From a virus (Duplodnaviria; Caudoviricetes): DNA of 64,000 bases. Made by a program: the position numbers and the translations under genes. Location: IMG/VR virus record IMGVR_UViG_2558860250_000001, positions 41,266-105,265 of that record; one strand, given 5' to 3'. Of this stretch, positions 55,918-64,000 are shown piece by piece (position 1 is the stretch's first letter; each line of letters starts with the position of its first letter). The notes under the pieces were generated by a model. That model worked only from the letters and a program-made list of their open reading frames with translations. It was not told the DNA's origin and did not search any database.

Positions 55918-56411
55918 AGTGGACTAAACTTGTTGGTACGCTAGTAATGGTAGGTGCGGTAGCGGGAATATTAATACCTCCTGCTCCGCAACCTCCCGTT
56001 ACACCAACTATATCAGATGATACGGTTAGTATAATTGATACGTATAAGGCACCCACACATACAAAACGCAAACGTAAACGAAAGTCACACAAACATGCGA
56101 GTAAGCCACGATGGGTAACGTATATTGCTACCGCGTATAGTCCGTATGAACCTGGTCAGGGCACCATTACTGCATCAGGCAAGCCAGTTGAACAGGGTAC
56201 GACTATAGCAGTTGACCCAAATATCATCCCACTTGGCAGCACTGTAGAGGTCGAGTTTGCGGATGGTACGACGCACACATATATTGGCGAGGATACGGGC
56301 GGCGCTATCAAAGGAAATCATATCGACATTTTCTTTTGGAGTCAGCAACAGTGTATTAATTTTGGTCGACAATACGTGAAGGTGAGGATATTACATTATG
56401 ACTGGACGTAA
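55914..56411 (+). CDS. Secreted 3D-domain cell-wall protein
   Basis: Signal peptide; ATAY, TASG, IAVDP..IPLGS, EDTGGAIKGNHIDIF. Confidence 0.9.
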   Translation: MKWTKLVGTLVMVGAVAGILIPPAPQPPVTPTISDDTVSIIDTYKAPTHTKRKRKRKSHKHASKPRWVTYIATAYSPYEPGQGTITASGKPVEQGTTIAVDPNIIPLGSTVEVEFADGTTHTYIGEDTGGAIKGNHIDIFFWSQQQCINFGRQYVKVRILHYDWT

Positions 56412-56793
56412 ACGCAGCCAACGACAATTGGACAACGACAGAATTATCGAGGAGTTTCTATCAACATTTCCTCCGTCAGTACCGTGGAATAAAACAGTTA
56501 CGCGACAAGAGTACATAAAGCTAAATCGTGTGTTGCGCAAATTTTATTCTACGGAACAGATTATTGACGCGATACGATATGCGAAAATGCGTGGCAAACA
56601 ATACAAAACAATATCCAGCATCGCATTTGTAATTGAGGAGTCCATACAATACTGGTCACAATTGCGTGAACGCGAAGAAGAACGTCGCAAGTTGGCTGAA
56701 GAACAAGTTGTGGTCAATACACCAATCGAGACGGAACACAAACCATCCACACCATCGTGGCTAGGGAGTATTGATTTTGGGGAGGTGGAGTGA
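56398..56793 (+). CDS. Hypothetical protein (possible helicase loader/initiator domain)
   Basis: Position upstream of the kinase and DnaB genes. Confidence 0.5.
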   Translation: MTGRKRSQRQLDNDRIIEEFLSTFPPSVPWNKTVTRQEYIKLNRVLRKFYSTEQIIDAIRYAKMRGKQYKTISSIAFVIEESIQYWSQLREREEERRKLAEEQVVVNTPIETEHKPSTPSWLGSIDFGEVE

Positions 56794-57330
56794 GTGATAC
56801 CGAATATCGCGATTGTGGGTCCAGCAGGCAGCGGCAAGACGACGTTGGCTAAGTACATACAACAAGTGTTGCAATCGCACAGTGTTACGTCCGAACGCAT
56901 CGCACTGGCTGATGGTGTAAAAAAAATACAATGGGAATTGTTTCCGGATTTAACGGGCAAACCGCGCAAAGTGTATCAGCATATCGGTATGTCAATGCGT
57001 GAAATTGATGCGGATGTGTGGATTAAATACACAGATAAGCGGATTTCAGATTATCCATGTACCGTACATTTTGTGCTAGATGATATGCGCTTGCGCAACG
57101 AATACGACCACTACACGCGCAAAGGTTGGTACACGGTACGCATTGTGGCGCCAGATGATGTGCGCATCCAACGACTACGGGAACGTGACGGTGAAGTGGA
57201 TATGGACACGTTGCAACATGTAACTGAGAGCGAATTAGCTGATGTGTACACCAATGCGGTCATACATAACGATGGCGACGTAGAACAGTTGTTTATGGAC
57301 GCACAGAAACTAATTCAGTCGTTAATCTAA
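56794..57330 (+). CDS. Deoxynucleoside monophosphate kinase-like P-loop kinase
   Basis: GPAGSGKT, LADGVK, DDMRLRNE, H.TE, NDG. Confidence 0.8.
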   Translation: MIPNIAIVGPAGSGKTTLAKYIQQVLQSHSVTSERIALADGVKKIQWELFPDLTGKPRKVYQHIGMSMREIDADVWIKYTDKRISDYPCTVHFVLDDMRLRNEYDHYTRKGWYTVRIVAPDDVRIQRLRERDGEVDMDTLQHVTESELADVYTNAVIHNDGDVEQLFMDAQKLIQSLI

Positions 57331-57343
57331 GGAGTGATGCCTA

Positions 57344-58633
57344 TTGCAAGCTCAAACGCCGCCAATCAATGAGTGGATTATCATTAAGGCCATTTACACT
57401 AATCCACAACACTTGGTTAACGTGGCAGAACAAATTGACATACGAGACTTCACTTATCGTCCGTTTCGCATCATATATACTGCCATCAAACAGTTGGCGG
57501 CAAGTGGAACGGCGGTTAATAGTGAATCGATTATGGCATTGTTGCAATCAGAACAACCTGCATACTACCAAGAAATTGATGCAATAGGTGGAACCGCAAC
57601 ACTCGATACATTATACGATCCGCAGTACAGGAATATGGTTGGCCTAGACGAGCATATACGGTCGATACGAGATAGGGCTGACAATCAAAATATAATCAAC
57701 GCTGCGGATGAACTAAAACGGAGAATCGAGGACGGTGATGCGAACGAACTAGCACTTGAAGAATTCGACAAGTCAATCCAGGCGATCAAATTACGTGGTC
57801 GACAGCAGGACGTTAAACCAGTCGGGCATAGTATCGATGATTTGCTATCTCGTATTGTCAATCAGGATGAGGACATAGTTGGCGTAAATATCGGCAAAAA
57901 ATATCCGAAATTAGACCGGATGATACGACATATTCAACCGAAACGTGTAACCATATTCCTATCCAACTATAAAAGTGGGAAGAGTACAGTATTGCTTGAA
58001 CTGGCATGGTATATGGCTAGTGAATGTAATGTGCCTACACTTTTTGGGGATACAGAGTTATTTGATAGCGAAGTTCAGACGCGATTGTTGGCGAAAGTCA
58101 GCGGATTCCCTATGGAGTACATATTGTCTGGACACTGGAACACAATGGAGTCACATAGAAACATCATACTGAACGCGAAGGAAAAGATTAAACAAACGCC
58201 ATTTTACTGGCACAACACTAATCACATGTCGCGTTCCCAAATTGTATCGCTAGTTAAATTGTGTCAACTTAAATATGGCATACAGGTATTTGCGTATGAT
58301 TATATCAAGCCTGATATCGAAGATGATATAAACGCCCGTGTTGACCTGCAAATTGGCGCAAAAGTGGACATGCTCAAAGAAAGTATTGCTAAAGCATGTA
58401 ATATCGCAGTGTTGTCGGCTATCCAGATGAACGAAGATACTGGAAGGGCTGCGAACAGCAAAGAGGGAGAGCGATTAGCCGATAACGTTATCGTTCTCCG
58501 CCGCACCAAAGATGAAGATGATATGCCGTTTGCATCACATTTGTTGTGGCTGAAGACGTCTCGATACACGCAAGCTAATGTAACGGTTCCGTTGGACATT
58601 GATTTTGGTACGCAAAAGATCGAGGAGAAGTAA
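57344..58633 (+). CDS. dnaB: Replicative DnaB-like helicase
   Basis: KSGKST, DTEL, YDYIK, SAIQMN, ADNVIVL. Confidence 0.85.
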   Translation: MQAQTPPINEWIIIKAIYTNPQHLVNVAEQIDIRDFTYRPFRIIYTAIKQLAASGTAVNSESIMALLQSEQPAYYQEIDAIGGTATLDTLYDPQYRNMVGLDEHIRSIRDRADNQNIINAADELKRRIEDGDANELALEEFDKSIQAIKLRGRQQDVKPVGHSIDDLLSRIVNQDEDIVGVNIGKKYPKLDRMIRHIQPKRVTIFLSNYKSGKSTVLLELAWYMASECNVPTLFGDTELFDSEVQTRLLAKVSGFPMEYILSGHWNTMESHRNIILNAKEKIKQTPFYWHNTNHMSRSQIVSLVKLCQLKYGIQVFAYDYIKPDIEDDINARVDLQIGAKVDMLKESIAKACNIAVLSAIQMNEDTGRAANSKEGERLADNVIVLRRTKDEDDMPFASHLLWLKTSRYTQANVTVPLDIDFGTQKIEEK

Positions 58634-58668
58634 CAGTTTTATATCATATAAATGGGGGAGTGTATGAT

Positions 58669-58839
58669 ATGAATACGGGAGAACAACATAGTCACAATTG
58701 CGAGTGTTTACGTTGCAAGTGTGCTAGGGGATATGTTGCTATGGGTGAACTGAACAAGAAAATGGCGAATGAAAATTTGGTACGTGAGGTTGCACAACTA
58801 TACGAGTTGGAACGTGCGTACCAATTGGCGTGGGGATGA
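58669..58839 (+). CDS. 56-aa MazE/EndoAI-like antitoxin-mimic candidate
   Basis: GGGGGAG RBS; MNTGEQHSHNCECLRCKCARGYVAMGELNKKMANENLVREVAQLYELERAYQLAWG. Confidence 0.55.
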   Translation: MNTGEQHSHNCECLRCKCARGYVAMGELNKKMANENLVREVAQLYELERAYQLAWG

Positions 58840-58845
58840 CGAGGA

Positions 58846-59259
58846 TTGATAAAAATTACGATCCCACCAGTGGATATTGCGGTTCCATTTAATAACGCAC
58901 ATCTTATACCGAGTGTGTCTGGTATATATCACTTCATGAGTAGACAGAAAGAAAGTTTGTATATAGGAAAGTCGTTGAATTTATCGCGTCGCATTAAGTC
59001 GCATATTGCTGGCAGCACGAATACACGAGACGTTCATAAATACTTTGAATACGTAGAGTGCTATTTCATCGATGACGCATTGCAAATGGAGATATATGAG
59101 ACATACATGATCAATATATTTAAACCTAAATTTAATGTTGATAAAGTTATAACGTACAAAACACAACGATACAACGTAGATGTGAACGACGCGTACAAAA
59201 ATGAACGCTCCAATATTCAGCAACGAATTGATATGGCATTAGAAAACTTTTCGTTATGA
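58846..59259 (+). CDS. GIY-YIG nuclease
   Basis: SGIYHF...LYIGKS..L.RRI..H...E..MI...PKFN. Confidence 0.88.
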   Translation: MIKITIPPVDIAVPFNNAHLIPSVSGIYHFMSRQKESLYIGKSLNLSRRIKSHIAGSTNTRDVHKYFEYVECYFIDDALQMEIYETYMINIFKPKFNVDKVITYKTQRYNVDVNDAYKNERSNIQQRIDMALENFSL

Positions 59260-60260
59260 TAGAGGTGACAATTGATGTGGCAATCGTCAGTGAATTGGAA
59301 CAGCAACTTGACGTAATTTCGGTACTCGAACATTGGGGTATTGACACATCGTACATACGTCAAATTGGTGCGGGTGAGTATCGTAGTCCGTGTTTTATAC
59401 ATGGAGGGGATGGCCAAACAGCGTTATCTCTAAAGATGAACAATGGCCGATGGTATGTTGCCTGTTTTAGTCACGGATGTTTCAAGGGGACATTGTTCGA
59501 TTGGGCAATCACAACTGGACGTACACCTCGGCAGATACTCGACGACTACAAGATGTGTCAACTTGATACAGTGCCGCTTCATCGTCATCGGACGAGGCGT
59601 ACGCATACACAAGGTTCCCAAAAGGGGGGAGCAGTATTCCTGCCGGATAACACGATGGAACAATTTGAGATAGGAATTCATCGTGATTTGATTGATTTAG
59701 GCTATGACCGCGATATGTTAACGAACGTGTTCGATGTGCGATATTGTGCTGACGCAGAGCACGTGCTATACGGACGTATCGTATATCCAATACGAGACAA
59801 GTTGGAAAACATACGCACGATACAAGGCAGACGTACAAATGCGTTACCACACGATGCAGCAAAATATATGTTCCACCCTGGATATAACGCGAAGGATATA
59901 TTATACGGCCAATATGAAATGCGCGAGATGATACGAAAGAGTCGATACATAGTAGTGGCGGAAAGTCCTAAATCGGCGTGGCGCGGGTATCAATTGGGGA
60001 TTCCTACACTGGCGTTGATGGGGATTAGGTGGACGGACGCACAAGTGAAGCAGATTGCTGCGTATGGTAAACGTGTTGTGCTAGTTGCGGACAATGACGA
60101 TACGCACGTTGGCGTAAATGGTATGCGTGAGTTACGCGATGCGCTGAGTCGGTATGTAGCGGTGGAATTGCGCGTGTGCCCACATGTCGGTGCCGATATT
60201 AGCGATTATCGTATACGTGAGCAATGGGATTATATAATACGAAATGGAGTGGTTGGATGA
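59256..60260 (+). CDS. DNA primase (zinc finger plus TOPRIM)
   Basis: CFIH..CFSHGC, RIVYPIRD, GRR, AES, DND. Confidence 0.85.
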   Translation: MIEVTIDVAIVSELEQQLDVISVLEHWGIDTSYIRQIGAGEYRSPCFIHGGDGQTALSLKMNNGRWYVACFSHGCFKGTLFDWAITTGRTPRQILDDYKMCQLDTVPLHRHRTRRTHTQGSQKGGAVFLPDNTMEQFEIGIHRDLIDLGYDRDMLTNVFDVRYCADAEHVLYGRIVYPIRDKLENIRTIQGRRTNALPHDAAKYMFHPGYNAKDILYGQYEMREMIRKSRYIVVAESPKSAWRGYQLGIPTLALMGIRWTDAQVKQIAAYGKRVVLVADNDDTHVGVNGMRELRDALSRYVAVELRVCPHVGADISDYRIREQWDYIIRNGVVG

Positions 60261-60928
60261 TGGAATTGAATCGAATATATCAGATGGACGTATTAGATGG
60301 CGTTAAATTGGTGGCAGACAATAGTGTTGATTTAGTCGTAACTGACCCGCCATATCTAATGAATTACCGTTCGAATCGTCGTGTAGTCCGTAATAAGTTT
60401 GACTATATACATAATGACCAGAGTTCATATGATCTAATAGCAACATTTATCGACGAATGTTATCGAGTGATGAAGGATAACACGGCAATATACATGTTCT
60501 GTAGCTGGCATCACATTGACTATTTCAAGCAACAATTTGAACGTAAGTTTAAGTTGAAGAACCTAATCGTCTGGAATAAAAATAATCATGGTTCGGGTGA
60601 TTTGAAAGGGGCATATGCACCAAAGCATGAGTTGATATTGTTTGGGCATAAAGGGCGTTCATTATTACAACACAAACGTATTCCTGATGTTATTGACTGC
60701 GACAAGATACCAAGTGCAAAGTTGACGCACCCAACCGAGAAACCAGTCGAATTGTTGACTATATTCATACTCAACTCAAGTCAACCTGGTGATGTAGTAT
60801 TGGATGGATTTATTGGAACAGGTGCAACAGCGGTCGCCTGTGTAAACACTGGACGTAATTTTATCGGATTCGAAACTGAACCACAGTACATAGAGATCGC
60901 CAATAAACGGTTAGAGGGGTTGTTATAA
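60257..60928 (+). CDS. N4/N6 DNA methyltransferase (beta class)
   Basis: TDPPY, HPTEKP, DGFIGTG. Confidence 0.92.
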   Translation: MMELNRIYQMDVLDGVKLVADNSVDLVVTDPPYLMNYRSNRRVVRNKFDYIHNDQSSYDLIATFIDECYRVMKDNTAIYMFCSWHHIDYFKQQFERKFKLKNLIVWNKNNHGSGDLKGAYAPKHELILFGHKGRSLLQHKRIPDVIDCDKIPSAKLTHPTEKPVELLTIFILNSSQPGDVVLDGFIGTGATAVACVNTGRNFIGFETEPQYIEIANKRLEGLL

Positions 60929-61780
60929 ATGATCGAAATGTCACGCTTGTCATATTCCCGACTGGACTTATACAACACTTGTCCACGTGCATTCGCCATG
61001 AAATATGTGCATAAGGCTGAACCAGAAAATGATACCGCCGATTATTTTGCCGAATACGGTATAATTGCTCATGCGCTGTATGAAGAACATGCAAATGCGC
61101 GTGGGTTGATACCGAAAACTGTGCTAACCGATATGTTCCATAATGGCACTGAGACACGTGACGGTATGGTGAAGGGGTTCAATGATATAAAGTTGCCACC
61201 ATACATGGCCAACAAATACTATCAGCAAGGCTTGGATTTAATCGACCGACTCCTACATACCAGCGTTGCCAATGTAGTCGGTAGCGAAGTGAAATTCTCT
61301 ATATATATCGAAGGAATACCTGTTCCTATTGAGGGGTTCATTGACAAGGTAGAACGCGACGAACGCGGTTATATCATCACCGACTTCAAATCGGCACGTC
61401 CATACACGCAAGAGTTTTGCGACGAATCGTTGCAGATGTCCATATACGCGATGGCAGCGTTGGAGTTGTATGGAGAGCTACCGTATAAGCAAGTGTACGA
61501 GTTTTTCCGTTTCAACGAAACAGTTAAAACAGTTCGCACGATGAAGCAGTTGGAAGAGGCGAAACAGGAAATTAGGCGTCGGTGGGATTGTATCCAGCGC
61601 AAGGAATTTGATCCACAATATGACCAATTTTTTTGCAATAATTTTTGCCAGTACGCTAAATCATGTTCATTAAAACAACAAATGGACGCGGAGAAGGCAC
61701 AACGACGTATTGAACGGGCGCAACGTAAACAGGCGCGCGATGCTAAGAAAGCGGCGAAACAGCAGGAAGGTGACGTATGA
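60929..61780 (+). CDS. PD-(D/E)xK RecB/Cas4-like exonuclease
   Basis: SYS...CP, GFIDK, DFKS, QMSIY, C-terminal C..C..C cluster. Confidence 0.85.
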   Translation: MIEMSRLSYSRLDLYNTCPRAFAMKYVHKAEPENDTADYFAEYGIIAHALYEEHANARGLIPKTVLTDMFHNGTETRDGMVKGFNDIKLPPYMANKYYQQGLDLIDRLLHTSVANVVGSEVKFSIYIEGIPVPIEGFIDKVERDERGYIITDFKSARPYTQEFCDESLQMSIYAMAALELYGELPYKQVYEFFRFNETVKTVRTMKQLEEAKQEIRRRWDCIQRKEFDPQYDQFFCNNFCQYAKSCSLKQQMDAEKAQRRIERAQRKQARDAKKAAKQQEGDV

Positions 61781-62343
61781 CCGATACACAGCAACCTTAT
61801 TACATATTAGCCATTGACCCATCACTTAATCGAACTGGATATTGTTTGGCGCGTGTAACTCCGCAGCGTCATCGCAATAAAGTTGAGTTAGTTGAGATTA
61901 GTTACATACCTAATATCCAATTTGGAACAGGCGAGGAAGTATGGGGAAGGAAACTCAACCACATCGAATCGCGCCTTGTCCAATTGAGAAATACATATCG
62001 ACCGGTTGTAGTTGCAAAAGAAAATTTAGCGACTCGCTCACACGGTCAAACCGAAGTATTAGCACCTGTACACGGAATTATCCGCAAAGTTTTCGAGTCG
62101 TCATGTGAAATCGTTGGGTATAGTCCGACAAGGATTAAAAAGGACGCAAGTGTTAGTGGGAATGCCGACAAGAAACAAGTTGAACAATCAATCGCGCAAT
62201 ACATACAGGATAAGGTAATTGTCCAAGTGGATGACGATGTTGATTTGACAAAGTTTCGTTCGGACGATGAATCGGACGCGTGTGCAATATTGCTTACCTA
62301 TTTATTGGACAAAGAGATTATCGGAAAGTTGGACAAACGGTGA
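61777..62343 (+). CDS. RuvC-like Holliday junction resolvase
   Basis: AIDPSL..TGY, KE, P..IKK, G.ADK, DDESDA. Confidence 0.85.
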   Translation: MTDTQQPYYILAIDPSLNRTGYCLARVTPQRHRNKVELVEISYIPNIQFGTGEEVWGRKLNHIESRLVQLRNTYRPVVVAKENLATRSHGQTEVLAPVHGIIRKVFESSCEIVGYSPTRIKKDASVSGNADKKQVEQSIAQYIQDKVIVQVDDDVDLTKFRSDDESDACAILLTYLLDKEIIGKLDKR

Positions 62344-62374
62344 TGCGTATGTATCGACACAGGGGGTGTACACG

Positions 62375-62551
62375 GTGAATGTTAAAATTATCGATGGAGA
62401 ACTTACTGACAAGGCGTGTTCAGTCGCTTATAATGTGATCAAAGATTTGTACATGAGGGGAAGACTATTCAAGGATGATAGCTGTATACGCCAGGGTATC
62501 GACAGACGAACAAGCGAAGAACGGTTACAGCCTACAAGATCAGATTCGTGA
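62375..62551 (+). CDS. 58-aa ORF overlapping the integrase 5' end; candidate recombination directionality factor
   Basis: AGGGGG RBS with GTG start; overlaps the recombinase by 77 nt. Confidence 0.4.
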   Translation: MNVKIIDGELTDKACSVAYNVIKDLYMRGRLFKDDSCIRQGIDRRTSEERLQPTRSDS

Positions 62552-63968
62552 ATGTCGGATCAAGGCGGGTTCGGATGACATAAAAGAATACATTGATGAC
62601 GGGTTCAGCGGCGAGTTTCTCGATCGCCCTGGACTTTCTTCTTTACGGCAAGATGTACGCGATGGACTAATAACAAAAGTTGTATGTCTCGACCCCGACC
62701 GGTTATCACGTAAATTGGTCAACTCTGTAATCGTAGCTGACGAGATTGAGAAATACGCCGAATTAGTATTTGTAAACGGTGAATATCAAAACACGCCAGA
62801 GGGTCGGCTATTTTATCAGATGCGCGGTGCGGTAGCTGAGTTTGAGAAAGCCAAAATTAACGAGCGTATGTCGCGTGGCCGTAGACAGAAAGCGCGTCAA
62901 GGTAAGGTTGTAAAAAACCCGCGAGTGTATGGATACGATTATGATAAAGAAAACGGGAAACTTGTCGTCAATACCCGTGAGGCTGAAGTTGTGCGATGGA
63001 TATTCAACGTATTCACCGATCCAAACAGTAATATACGTGGACTAAACCATATTGCTGCACAACTCATTGAGCAAGGCGTACCGACGAAACGTGGAGGCAT
63101 ATGGCATCGCCAAACGGTTAAGCAGATTTTGAAAAACCGTGCCTACATTGGCGAGGTATACCAGAATCGATACAACACAGAAGGTCGTATACGAAATAAA
63201 TATGTGTCCGACCCATCCGAACGTGTGATAACGACTGAACGCCCTATGGACGAATGGATTCGCGTGGAGTGCCCTGCGATCATAGATGTTGGGCAATTTG
63301 ATTATGCACAAAAGTTGTTAGAGAAAGTTAGACGCGAAACTAATGGAAAGACAAAGCGCCAATATCTGCTTTCGGGCCTATGTCGATGTGGAGATTGCGG
63401 TATGCGTATGCATGGGCGATATGCTAAACGGTGGGACAAATGGTACAAGACGTATACAGATAGACAGAATTCGCCTGGTCGTAATCGTGGTTGCGGAAAT
63501 TGGGTACGCGGCGAGACTATAGAGGATAAGGTCTGGAAACATGTTATTGATTATGTAACATCTAAAATGAATGCCGAATCAGCACCAACAGTCGAACAAC
63601 CAAGTTACGAGCAAAGCGAACTGGCGCGTATTGATAAAGAGTTGAACCGGATAAACACGGGGAGACAAAAGTTGCTCGACCTGTTGATGGATGATGATAT
63701 CGACGATACAGATATTCGCGAACGGTTGAAAAAGTTGCAGGATCAACGTCAAAAGTTGGAAGAACGACGCAACCAATTGGAACAGGAAATGAACAATGTG
63801 AAAGCAAACGATTATGTAGTCGATATGTGGAAACAAGTTTGGGAAATGTTGAAATATGTAAAGCCGGACGAATTCGAATTCGATGCCAAACGTAACATCA
63901 TTCGCAGTCTGGTGCGCGAAATTAAAATATACAACAAAGGCGAAAACGTCGACATTTTTATGATATGA
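62475..63968 (+). CDS. Large serine recombinase/integrase, SpoIVCA(CisA)-like
   Basis: MIAVYARVSTDEQ, GFSGE.L.RP, DPDRLSRKL, FVNGEY.N.PEG.LF, WHRQ; zinc ribbon and coiled coil. Confidence 0.93.
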   Translation: MIAVYARVSTDEQAKNGYSLQDQIRECRIKAGSDDIKEYIDDGFSGEFLDRPGLSSLRQDVRDGLITKVVCLDPDRLSRKLVNSVIVADEIEKYAELVFVNGEYQNTPEGRLFYQMRGAVAEFEKAKINERMSRGRRQKARQGKVVKNPRVYGYDYDKENGKLVVNTREAEVVRWIFNVFTDPNSNIRGLNHIAAQLIEQGVPTKRGGIWHRQTVKQILKNRAYIGEVYQNRYNTEGRIRNKYVSDPSERVITTERPMDEWIRVECPAIIDVGQFDYAQKLLEKVRRETNGKTKRQYLLSGLCRCGDCGMRMHGRYAKRWDKWYKTYTDRQNSPGRNRGCGNWVRGETIEDKVWKHVIDYVTSKMNAESAPTVEQPSYEQSELARIDKELNRINTGRQKLLDLLMDDDIDDTDIRERLKKLQDQRQKLEERRNQLEQEMNNVKANDYVVDMWKQVWEMLKYVKPDEFEFDAKRNIIRSLVREIKIYNKGENVDIFMI

Positions 63969-64000
63969 CAACACGCACCCTGTAGTCAGCACGTCTGAGA

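Noticed and set aside
60929-61780. cas4 belonging to the CRISPR system
   Set aside because: It lies 28 kb away in the replication operon with no cas1/cas2; solo Cas4-like nucleases are routine in phages.

Overview
This window is 64 kb of the early, replication and nucleotide-metabolism half of a large temperate phage or prophage of a spore-forming Bacillales host, with SPbeta-like gene content. No virion structural genes, tRNA or rRNA were recognised. Replication and recombination genes include DnaE split by a group I intron with a LAGLIDADG endonuclease, DnaB, primase, an SSB-like protein, a Sak4-like ATPase, a Cas4/RecB-like nuclease and RuvC. It also carries ThyX, class II RNR, dUTPase, a dNMP kinase, PhoH, four DNA methyltransferases, several homing endonucleases, a frameshifted ParM-like gene, an RsfA-like regulator, and a SpoIVCA-like serine integrase at the right edge. 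The main find is at 31.0-33.1 kb: an intact AsCas12f1-like mini nuclease (447 aa) with no cas1/cas2. It is preceded by two tandem, homologous but diverged tracrRNA + mini-CRISPR modules. Each module has its own repeat type and its own matching anti-repeat abutting the first repeat, like a natural single guide. Other notable items are a 56-aa MazE/EndoAI-like antitoxin mimic missing from the ORF track, an acr-aca-like locus, a recombinase-like gene lacking the catalytic motif, an array of single-gene promoter/terminator cassettes, and a window-wide 9-bp direct-repeat promoter motif. All family calls come from motif recognition by eye, not from database searches.
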